A stretch of DNA of 64,000 nucleotides from contig OZ176051.1 in NCBI GenBank assembly GCA_964247055.1, positions 11,098,001 through 11,162,000 of the forward strand, in the 5' to 3' direction. Every line of letters starts with the position of its first letter. The first letter of the stretch is position 1. Position numbers and translations under genes: made by a program. This DNA is from Paragordius varius (Eukaryota; Animalia; Nematomorpha). The notes below the pieces were generated by a model. That model was not told where the DNA came from. It did not search any database and worked only from the letters and a program-made list of their open reading frames with translations. Below, in pieces: positions 25,750 through 35,976 of this stretch.

Positions 25750-26303
25750 TAATATTGATTACGTTCCTGACTAATTGAAACAAGAATATTTAATAAATTT
25801 ATCAACGTAAATAACGGGAATACAGATAAAAATATCAAAATCGGAAAATATTTAGACAATGAAAAATAAATAAATATTGAAAATTTAATATTTATCAGTC
25901 GATGTATCTTTAAAATGGTTATAATACAGTAAAAATTAAAATTAATGGATAAAAACGTAAAAATATAAAAAACTTTCTTTTCTAAAGAAAACCATATTTT
26001 TTTTTAAACCTTAATTTATCCTATAAAAATGAGTTAATTACTATCGCAAACTATATAATTGATTGTGTTATCAATATAATTCTCTATCATATACTTTGTT
26101 AAAACAATGAATTTTATTTAAAAAATCAAGATTAAAAGTATGGTTGCTTTTTAAAAATACATTTGTCTTTATATTTTTACCTTTTGTCCGTATAATTTTA
26201 ATTTTTACAGTAAATAAAGGTATGAATAATCAGGGTCATAATGAGAACCACTGATTTATAGCAATCGCTTTTATTGTTATTAGCGTATATCTTGAACCCC
26301 ACA

Positions 26304-26544
26304 CAGGCGTAGCTTGCATTTATGGGGCGCAGTGCCTGAATCCGTACGCCCTTTCCACATCCGGGCACCCCCTTGCATTTTAAAAAAATAATCAAATTCA
26401 AACCGTGATATGGGTGATTTTTTTATGTATTATTAAAAATAATAACTTTTAAAAACCTATTTTTTTGAAATAAAATTAAAATTTATTTAAATCCGGTGCC
26501 CCTTTAACTATGGAGCCCGGCAGCTCCCCTTAATTACGCCACTG
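26304..26544. mobile_element. hAT-type MITE
   Basis: Imperfect TIR CAG(TG)GCGTA and an 8-bp TSD ACCCCACA/ATCCCACA (7/8). Confidence 0.65.
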
Positions 26545-27719
26545 ATCCCACAATCATGATCGCTAATTACGATTTAATTAGATCAGTAATAATCAAACCG
26601 CGGCGCTAAAAATGCTTTTTGTTGCGCTGAATTATTCATTTAATTTTTTAATGTGCTCCGAAAAAGATATGCAATATTTGTAGGTATTTTATGGTCCACG
26701 GCAGTTGAGATATAAATTTTTATGCCCCCTTCAATTTTTTAACAAGTTACTAACTCAGAGCTGGTCTCGATCACATCTTTTACGATAATGTGAACAGATA
26801 TATTGAACCCTGATGCAGTACAAAATTAAAACTAATTAATGTTACCTGTCTTTTAGATTCGTTAATTTTCCGTTTGATTTAACTGAAACTTAATTGATCA
26901 AAAATTGAAGTTTCAAAAGAGATTAAATATATTTTTGTAATTTTATAATTAGAGGCCTCTTTTGCGGATGCGTTGACCGAAAGGGCCATTAGCCTAAATC
27001 TTGCGCTAGAGTCTGAGATTTACAGTTCGGCCACTGCGCGAATAAGCAGTTTGATCGGTCCGAAATCCAACACCATGTATTCGAGCAGAAAATAAAATAT
27101 TAAGCAATAAAAATGAATCAATTTTACCGCAAAAAACACCATTTATTTTTTAGAAATTGGTGTTATTTCAACAATGGGTACTCTATCAAATTCAACAATA
27201 TTTTTGTAAAATAAAGGGCTCATATATAAAAAATATAATTTGTTTAATTTCAAAAAGTAGTACAGGGGCAGTTTTTATTATTCAAAAACTCACTACTGTT
27301 TTCGAAAAACAACCTATCTGGTCACATTATTTTACGATATACAATAAAAAAACGCGATGAGTGACAAAACTAAGAAAAAGTTTTCTATTATAACAATGAT
27401 ATAAAAAAGAAAATTGGCATTTAAGAAACGGAATTGCACGTTTTATTTTGTGATGGGTACTATCTAAAAACAAAGCTTCTCTTGTCATAATGATTTAGGT
27501 GAGTGGTACTCACCAAAATAATTTGACGGGCCAAATAAAATACATTTTTTTTTCGAGGGCCATGAACCTTTTTATGGCAAATATTCCACAGCTATTTGAC
27601 ACATATGCACATTTTTATACTCTAAATCACAACGAATTTTTTGTGGATCCTATGTAAATCCTAAAACTCGTTTGGACCATTTAGTTTAAAAAATTATATT
27701 TTTATACAAAATTTTTGAT

Positions 27720-29430
27720 ATCAACCAATAATTATTGACAAATTTGTTTTCGCCTCATGAGAGGCCAATCTTAATACGTTATCCACATGATCATCGGTTA
27801 AGCGACTTCTTTATGTATTGTACGCATACTTCATTTTTGAATGTGCCGTCTCACACGTGTTAGTTGAGGAAAAAACAGTTAGGATAACTTGAGCACAATC
27901 TTTTATATTTTCATATTTATTTGGCAAATCTTGTCAAAAATCTACATACCTTTCTTTTCTACGATTCTCCATAATTATAGCCCAAATTGGAATCATTTTT
28001 AAAATCTACGAATTCTTCAATGATATGCGCCTGATCAAAACCGAAATGCATAAGTTGCTCAATATTTGATATATCCATAAGCCATGGATTCTACACCAAT
28101 TTTAAGCAATTTTTAATTTTTCTTAATTCTTGAAATCTGAATTTCATCTTATTAGATAAAAATGTTTAATAATTGTCCATTATTAAATTAATCTCCGCGG
28201 TAAATCCATATTTTCCTCATGAATCGTTTTAAGTGTAGGAAAATATAGTAAGTAAATCTTGTTTATATTTTATTATTTTTTCTTCAAAAGCAAATATTTA
28301 ATTAGCAAATTGGGTTATTATTTTGCTCCCTTAAAGACTTGTATTAAAAATACTATAAGGAATGTCGCAAAGGTAGGCTAATAAAACGCACCATTTGTCA
28401 CTATTAATTTCCTCGTCAAACTTTTTATCATCTTTTACAAATAACATAATTTCATGTTGTAAAAAATCTATTTGATACCTTGCTAAGGCTTAGCCATCTC
28501 ACAGCGGTACACAAAAGAATATAATCAAACTCATTGTGGATATCTTTCAGGGGTTTTTATTTACGGCGGTTGAATTCTCTGCCACGGATGTGGTTATAAT
28601 CACAACCGTTTTAATTACTGAATTGAGTAATTCATCTTCACGCGAAGCCAAGTTATGCTGATGAATAAAGCAGTGAAAGGATAATTTTTTTGAATATTAT
28701 ATTTATTTTTCAATAGAAGAATAAATCCTTTATTTATTCCAATCATAGAGGGACAGCCATCTGTGCAGATCGAAACCAGATTTTTCACAGATATACCATT
28801 AAGTGTTTATTATTTCGAGAAAATCAAATTCTTTCGTGGTATTTTTCATTGGTAATTTTAAATATTCCTCGTTGATTATGTTGTCGTTGCAAAATCTTAC
28901 GAAGAGTGCACATTGAGGGGTTGAACTAATAGTGCTAGAATCATTAGCAATATTAAAATATTTGCAGTTTTTTAGATCCAAATAATTGTTAAAAATATAT
29001 TTAAACATATCTTCAATGCGTGGAGCACATGTTGAATCAGAAAAATAAATTTTTTAGTTTACCTCATGATTTAATCCTTATTATGCAATTTATCAAAAAA
29101 AGTGCAACCATTTATTAGACATTCTTTTATTAGTTGGGAATTTAGTATACGGTTTCATGGTTCAGCTTTTTCCTGGGGGAAAGCTATGGACATAATAGAC
29201 TTTTTTCTGGCATGATTCCTTGATCTTTTTATATTTTTCGTTTCTTTCCTCATGATTTTCTGGGAATTTATGAGAATGATGGATTGTAAAATATCTTGTT
29301 GTATTTTTTTAAAATTATGTTGTCCTTAAGGCAGGTAACAACATTTTTTTTAAAACGACAAAGAATTTTTCTTCCATTCTTTTTCAAAAGAGCGATTTTC
29401 CTCGGATAATTTTTAGCATTAGATGTCATC
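27720..29430 (-). mobile_element. Degenerate hAT transposase (Buster/Charlie, GTF2IRD2-like)
   Basis: Fragmentary frames give FNIANDSST..QCALFVRF..EEYL..MKNTT, NLVSICTDGCPSMIG, HCFIHQ and RSRLTDDHVDNVLRLA, with many stops and frameshifts. Confidence 0.8.
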
Positions 29431-29704
29431 CTTTGAATTTATGTTTAATATGTAATAATATAATATGAACTATGCTATAAAAAACAGGTCGAAATCTAAT
29501 AATGTTGATTTGAAAAATATTTTATGGGAATGCATAAAAGATGCAGGATCGCTATGAAAAGATGTATATGCAAGTTTGGGCGAAAGGCTTGGTAAACACT
29601 TCGATTCAAATTGGGGTATCTAAATACCCCAGACTAAATTTGAGTTACGATTTTAAAACCACTGAAAAAAACGGTCCAAATTTAAATTTATGCTTCTATC
29701 CCAA

Positions 29705-30037
29705 ATAATGCGTTTAGAATAGAGACGACATATGAATTAATAACTCAAATTAAGTACATTTATTAACTGATTGTTCAGTGTTGGTATAGGTGTATTTATA
29801 TATTTTAGCAAGGATAAATTACAATAATAAATTAGAATACTATTTGTATCAAATACAATGTCATATAAAATATCCATATATATAATAGTCATTAGATTAC
29901 TTATTAAATACAATGTCGTATAATTTAACTTAAGGTTATAAAGTTGGCAACTATAATTAGAATACTTGTACATACAATGTCATATAAATTATATAATAAA
30001 TAATAATGATATAACTTAAGGTTATAACCAATTAACA
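29705..30037 (-). repeat. 3' LTR of the gypsy element
   Basis: 331/333 identical to the 5' LTR by eye, and preceded by the polypurine tract. Confidence 0.93.
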
Positions 30038-30052
30038 TTATCTTCCCCCTAT
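30038..30052 (-). promoter_or_regulatory. Polypurine tract ATAGGGGGAAGATAA
   Basis: Purine run abutting the 3' LTR on the element strand. Confidence 0.85.
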
Positions 30053-33000
30053 AGTAAAGCGGTCTGGGGGTTTTCGCTGGCGTTGTGGGTACCTGGGTTT
30101 AGGCATGTCTATATTCGTTGTTGGAGCTACGTTATTATCCTGTGTGGTTATGCCTATCGGCGATGGTTGTATATTATTGTTTATGGCTTCGAGATCTGGT
30201 GGAGTAGAGGTATATTCTTCGGAATCAATTGGTGTTTCGGGCGCTGGCGTGGTTGTTCTCGGACATTCCATTCTTTGTTTTAATTGATCAGCGTGTTTTC
30301 TAAGAACTCTGTCTGTTTCGTCTGTTACCGTATATGATAATGGACCCCGGCGTTCTAATATTTCCCCTGCCCTCCATCCTTTTTCTATTTCATTTTTTAT
30401 AAAAACCTTCTCTCTTGGAACGAACTGGCGAGTCGGTTCTATTTCATTATCGATAAACTCAGTTGTTTGTGTTTTGAGCCATGACATCGGACCATTTGGG
30501 TGTCTCTTCAGAAAGACTTGTGATGGTGTATTCATAATGGCACTGTGTGTTGAATTTCGATAGCCATATAAAATCGTGTTGATTGCCTCGTGGGCATGCA
30601 TTGTTTGCGTTTTCGTAGCTCTATATCTGAATTTGAGGGTTGCACATCTTTCAACCAATCCATTGGACTTGGGATGGTATGGACTCACTAAAATATGTTT
30701 TATATTAAGATTATGTAAGGTACTTCTGAATTCATGGGATGTAAAGTATGGCCCATTATCAGTGACTATCTGTCTCGGAAAACCAAATCTGGCCATGTGT
30801 TTTTCTAAACAATTCAATAATTGTTGTGAGGTTATCGATTTGAGTAGATCCACCTCAACCCATCTTGAAGCGCTATCAATGGTAACTAACCAAAAATAAC
30901 CATCTATGGGGCCGGCTATGTCGATGTGAATTCTCTCCCACAACGCGGTGTTGAAATTCCATTTCCACGTTGGATTTTCCTTTATATTAGGCTTGTTTCT
31001 TTGACACGGTTCACATGTTTCTACAAAATTTTCTAAATCTTTTTCTAAGTTTGGCCAATATATGGATTGTCTTGCTTGTTGTTTCATCGATTGCGCTCCG
31101 TTATGTCCAGTATGTAGGAATTTCAATACGTCCCGCTGCAAGGATGTGGGTATTAGTAATCTGTCATTTACAAATAAAAGATTATAGTATATTTGAATCT
31201 CATTTTTTACTTTCAGAAATTCCTTTATACTTGGATCACTCCAATCATTTGTTCTTATTGCTGATTTAAGTTTGTTTGCCAATGGATCTAACCTTATCTC
31301 CTCCTCCACTAACTCTTTACTTAGATTAAATTTATTCATAGTTAAAAATTTTACCGTGTGTGATACCTCATCATCTTCATTTTGCACCTCCATGGTATTA
31401 TCATTATTTGGTAATCTGGATAGAGCGTCGGCTAAGTTGTTTTGCCCTTTTTTATACTCGAGTTCATAGTCGTATCCCGATGTTTTATAGATCCATCTAT
31501 AATATTTTGTAAATTTCGAGTTCGACCAAATAACCCGATTAGTGGTTTGTGGTCGGTTATAATTTTGAATTTTCTACCATATATAAATGGTTTAAATTTT
31601 TCTATAGCATACGTGATAGCTTTTGCTTCTTTCTCTATTGTTGAATAATTGGTTTCGGCATCGGTGCATTTGCGTGAAGCGTATGATATGGGACGCTTTC
31701 CTTCCGGGGTAATATGTAGTAAGATCGCTCCAAATCCCTTGTTTGATGCGTCTGTTTCTATTAGTATTGGCCAATTTGGGTTATACGGTATTAATGTATT
31801 GTAATTTATCATTAGTTGTTTTGCGGATTGGAACTCCTCTTCTTCTATCTCGGTCCAGGCCCATGGTCTAATTGAACCTGTGTTTCTGTGGAGGTTGCAT
31901 ATCGCTTGATGGAGATTTGGTATGAATCGTTCATGAAAGTTTAGCAGTCCTAAAAATGATCTTAGTTCTGTCTTATTGGTGGGTCTCGGACAATTGATCA
32001 AAGCTTGAATTTTGTCATTGGTGGGACGAATTCCATTCTTTGAAATTTCATATCCCATGTAATTGACAGATGAAACGGCAAGTTGCAATTTGTCTCTGCT
32101 CAGTTTCAACCCTGCAGCTTCCAATCGTTGCAATACCCTGGTCAATGTGGCGTCATGTTCGGTTCTTGTTTTACCTGATATTAATATGTCATCTAAATAG
32201 ATACATATACCTGGTATATCACCAATCAAATTATCCATGATTCGTTGAAATATATGAGGGGCCGTAGTCAACCCAAATGGAAGTCGTTGGTAACAATAAA
32301 AACCTTGATGGGTAGTTATGGTCAGTAGTGGTTGTGATGATTGTTTTATGGGAATTCGCAGGTAAGCATCCTTCAGGTCTAGTGACGTAAAAACTGTCCC
32401 TTAAGCTGTTCTTGAGATTAGTTCATCAAAGGTGGGGATTACGTGGGAATCGGGTAGCAAATGAGGATTGAGGCTGATTCGAAAATCCGCACATATCCTT
32501 ATTTGGCCATTTGGTTTTAATATATTTACTGTTGGTGTGGCCCACGATATTCGCTCCCTATTTGGGTCAATTTTTCTCAAGATACCTAGGTTTATCAATC
32601 TATCTAGTTCCTTTTCCACACGTTCTTGGAGGGGTAGGGGAACTCTCCTGCAGGGATATATTTTGGGTGTTGCATTATTTTTTATCGCAATCGATACCTC
32701 CATATCCTTAAGACAGCCTAACCCGTGCGAGAACAACCTATTATACTGGTTATATATAGATTTATTAGTTATATTATTGATCATCACATTATCTGGTAAA
32801 TTTAAAGCAAATGCATGGATCCAAGGGAGACCAAAAATTAATGGCCGATCTCCCTCGGTTACAAAACATTCAAGTGTTTTTGTCATACCGTTCATTGTTA
32901 CGCGCAATTCTGTTTTACCCATGGTCGGGATAGTTTCATTATTTTATGTGGATAGTCTTTGTCCTACCTCCAGTCGTGGTTGTCCTGTTGATTTCCAGCA

Positions 33001-33822
33001 TCTCTCATTGATAACTGTCACATCCGCACCGGTGTCAAACAACATTGATGTTTCTATTCCGTTAAGTTGCACTGTTATCGTTGGGCCCATCCCCGTTGAA
33101 TTTGTCACTGCCCGAATACCTGGTTTGGTGGGATATTTGGTTCGGCAATACTTTGCAAAATGGTTGTATTTTCCGCACTTATAGCATCGTTGACCCTTTG
33201 CACTGCATTTATCGATTGCATGACATTTCCCACATCTTTGGCAGTCTCTTTGGTGTATGGTTCTTTCTTGGCGGATTTTCAGCACCTTCGGTTCAATCAC
33301 TTCGAGGGAATGTGCCATATCAATTACCATTTGTAGTGACACTGGTTCGCCTTCATTTTGACCCGTGGGGAATCTTATATGTAATTCCCGTTCTAGGATT
33401 GGCATATTTAGTCCTATCAAGAAAACATCTCTTAATAAGTATGAGATATTGCCTTCAAAATCACAATCGTCAGCTAGTACTTTTAATCTTTCCATATAAC
33501 TCATGATTGGTTCGCCTTCTTGTCTGGTTGTTTTAAAGAATTCTTTACGACTCAGCCATATGCTTTTGTCCGGGGCAAAGATTTGCATTGCCAATTTTTG
33601 AATTTGAGCCCATGTCATCTCCTCTATTTTCGTAGGAAACGCTTGGTTTTCCAGTTTAGAGATTGTGCGTAGTCCTGCATAGGCCAGGAATAAGTTTTTT
33701 AATATTTCATCATTTGGATTAATGTTTTTAGCGATTAAGATACGATTCACGTGCTTTAAGTATTGTTTAAAATTAGTGTTTGGATCGTATTCGTTAATAC
33801 TGATTTTGGAAATTTCGTCCAT
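30038..33822 (-). pseudogene. Disrupted gag-pol of the gypsy element
   Basis: One frame from ATG 33822 is broken by in-frame TAA at 32946-32944 (LST*NNETIP) and 32403-32401 (RTA*GTVFTSLDLKDAY), and by a frameshift near 31500 between RNase H and integrase. Confidence 0.9.
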
Positions 33823-33824
33823 TA

Positions 33825-33833
33825 ACGGCACCA
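33825..33833 (-). promoter_or_regulatory. Primer-binding site TGGTGCCGT, complementary to the 3' end of tRNA-His
   Basis: It lies immediately inside the 5' LTR. Animal tRNA-His ends ...ACGGCACCA, giving a 9-nt match. Confidence 0.7.
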
Positions 33834-34166
33834 ATAATGCGTTTAGAATAGAGACGACATATGAATTAATAACTCAAATTAAGTACATTTATTAACTGAT
33901 TGTTCAGTGTTGGTATAGGTGTATTTATATATTTTAGCAAGGATAAATTACAATAATAAATTAGAATACTATTTGTATCAAATACAATGTCATATAAAAT
34001 ATCCATATATATAATAGTCATTAGATTACTTATTAAATACAATGTCGTATAATTAAACTTAAGGTTATAAAGTTGGCAACTATAATTAGAATACTTGTAC
34101 ATACAATGTCATATAAATTATATAATAAATAATAATAATATAACTTAAGGTTATAACCAATTAACA
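33834..34166 (-). repeat. 5' LTR of the gypsy element
   Basis: On the minus strand it starts TGTTAATTGG and ends CGCATTAT, followed directly by the PBS. Confidence 0.93.
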
Positions 34167-34968
34167 CCAATAATAATTATATAAATATGCCAAAATATCT
34201 AAATAAAATTTTGTTTTGAAAAAAAAGTTCAATGTCAAACTACTTGGACGCCATTTTTAGTTTACAAAATTTTGCAGAATATCGTCTTCATTTAATTTTG
34301 GTAAAATTAAAGCTAATATTTTTTAAATTACATCTGATATTAATGGAAATAGAAAAAGCGGTTTATTTTGTATTATTTTTCAATTTTACCATTGCACACA
34401 TGTCACGGTGACTAATTTTTTACCTTTAGATTTTAGCTTAAAATGCGTAATATCAAGTTTTCGGTTTATTTATGTTATATAAGTGCAAAATTTTGCCATG
34501 GTTTTGATTCCTTCCATATTTTTTAAAGAATTTAATTTTAAACCTGGGGTTTTTAACTACCCCAATTCGAATCGAAGGACTAAAATGAATGTGTTGTATC
34601 CAAGTGTTAAATACAAAAAAGGAATGCAATAAAAATTTCAAAATAAAACAGAAAATAGAATACAGAAACAGAAACATCGTGTGCCAAAATTTTGTATTTA
34701 AATGTAGGAAAATTTTTTAAATTTCAAATTCGGTAAAAAATAATAATTACCAAAAAATCTAAAGAAAAATTAAAAATAAGCGAAAATCGTTTATGTGTAT
34801 TTAAAAATTCATCAATTAATTTAATATCAATATGGTCATAGGGCAATTTATAAGTACTCTTAGGGCCGCATGCGGCCCGCGGTTTGAGTATCACTGATTT
34901 AGGTAAATGCCAAAGCAGTTTTTTTTATCACCCGATCAAATATATTATTTTTTAAATGTAATAATTTA

Positions 34969-35286
34969 TTAATTTTCAGCAAGTTCCATTTGTAACTCCT
35001 TCTTCAAAGATTTTGATTTTTGTTTGCTTTTTTGTAATGATTTTTTTATATTTTTAATCTTGCTCGATTGCGGCGTATTAATTAAAGATGTATCAATGGA
35101 CAGGCGTGATTTTTCATTCTGCAATATAGAATCCGTAAATTCAGTAGAATAATCAATTTCGCCATCTAATTCCATGTTCTGTTCTTCATTTATATCCAAA
35201 GCTAGATTAAGCAAGTTATATATATATATATATCAAATATATATATATCAAATATATATATATCAAATATATATATATATATATAT

Positions 35287-35327
<41 letters not shown>

Positions 35328-35843
35328 ATATTTGAGAAGACAATGTCTTTTCAAAAATAAAATATAACTCTTTTACCAACAGGTGCTTTGATAAGGTTTA
35401 TATTTTGTTCCACGTCTTTAATAGCTATTTTCTTGCGCTGTTTAACTCCAACTTTCATTCTTTCTTTTATAAATTGTGCTTGACGTTTTGACTTTATTTC
35501 TTGTACCTTTTTAATCGTCTCAACTAAAAGATTTATAAATAAAAATACGTGTTTGAGTCCATGTTTCTCTATTGTATTTGACTGCTACATTACGTCTTTT
35601 TTCAAATTCCAATGATAAATCTTCCTTAAGTTCCTTATTATTAGCCATTCTTGCAGCTTTTGTCCATTTCGTTTTACGAGGATTGCGCTTATGTTTAAAT
35701 AATTTATGACATTTTGATCTACAAAATCTAAATATCTATATAATTAGAATATAAGGAAAAACTTTGCAATCATTCCTTACAAATACAATACCATGCCCTG
35801 GATAAATGGTAGATGAACAGAAATAGCACTTTTCGAGCCGCAT
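34969..35843 (-). CDS. RSL24D1: Ribosome biogenesis protein RLP24 (L24e-like), 215 aa. Exons 35843-35763, 35735-35549, 35523-35377, 35201-34969; introns of 27, 25 and 175 nt
   Basis: Spliced translation [54 protein letters not shown]...[29 protein letters not shown] matches RSL24D1/Rlp24. Confidence 0.95.
35216..35325. repeat. Compound (TA)n microsatellite with recurring TCAAA interruptions in RSL24D1 intron 3
   Basis: (TA)n-TCAAA units repeat four times, followed by a pure TA run. Other TA runs lie at about 8250, 11165, 20275, 40566, 42238 and 61257. Confidence 0.95.
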
Positions 35844-35976
35844 GGTTCTACTATAAAATAACTCAAAAAAGTTACTTATAAATTTAAAAAATTTATTTTA
35901 TAAAATAAAATTTTACAAATCTTTTTGCGGAAGTGAGCTTTCAATTTTATACAAAAATTACATCATATAAAATCAC
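35844..35976. promoter_or_regulatory. Putative bidirectional promoter of RSL24D1 and NARS1 (133 nt) with an ETS/GABP-type site GCGGAAGTG at 35927-35935
   Basis: Divergent ATGs at 35843 and 35977. The GC-rich ETS consensus stands out in an otherwise nearly pure AT spacer. Confidence 0.6.

Larger units (their letters stand above)
29705..34166 (-). mobile_element. Full-length Ty3/gypsy LTR retrotransposon (Mag-like, single gag-pol frame) with 333-bp LTRs and a 4-bp TSD CCAA
   Basis: Direct repeats at 29705-30037 and 33834-34166 differ at 2 positions. CCAA flanks both sides (29701-29704, 34167-34170). Domain order is Gag with two Cys/His knuckles, protease (LFDTGAD), RT (YLDDILI), RNase H (ETDASNKGFGA) and integrase (HH-CC; TDNGPYFTS; SNGLVER). 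Confidence 0.95.

Noticed and set aside
26750-27100. GC-elevated island with an open frame of about 48 codons (ASFADALTERAISL...)
   Set aside because: No coherent exon chain or recognisable homology; it lies among MITEs and is probably a transposon relic.
29737-34102. Duplicated 78-aa ORFs at 29737-29973 and 33866-34102
   Set aside because: They are incidental frames inside the two AT-rich LTRs.
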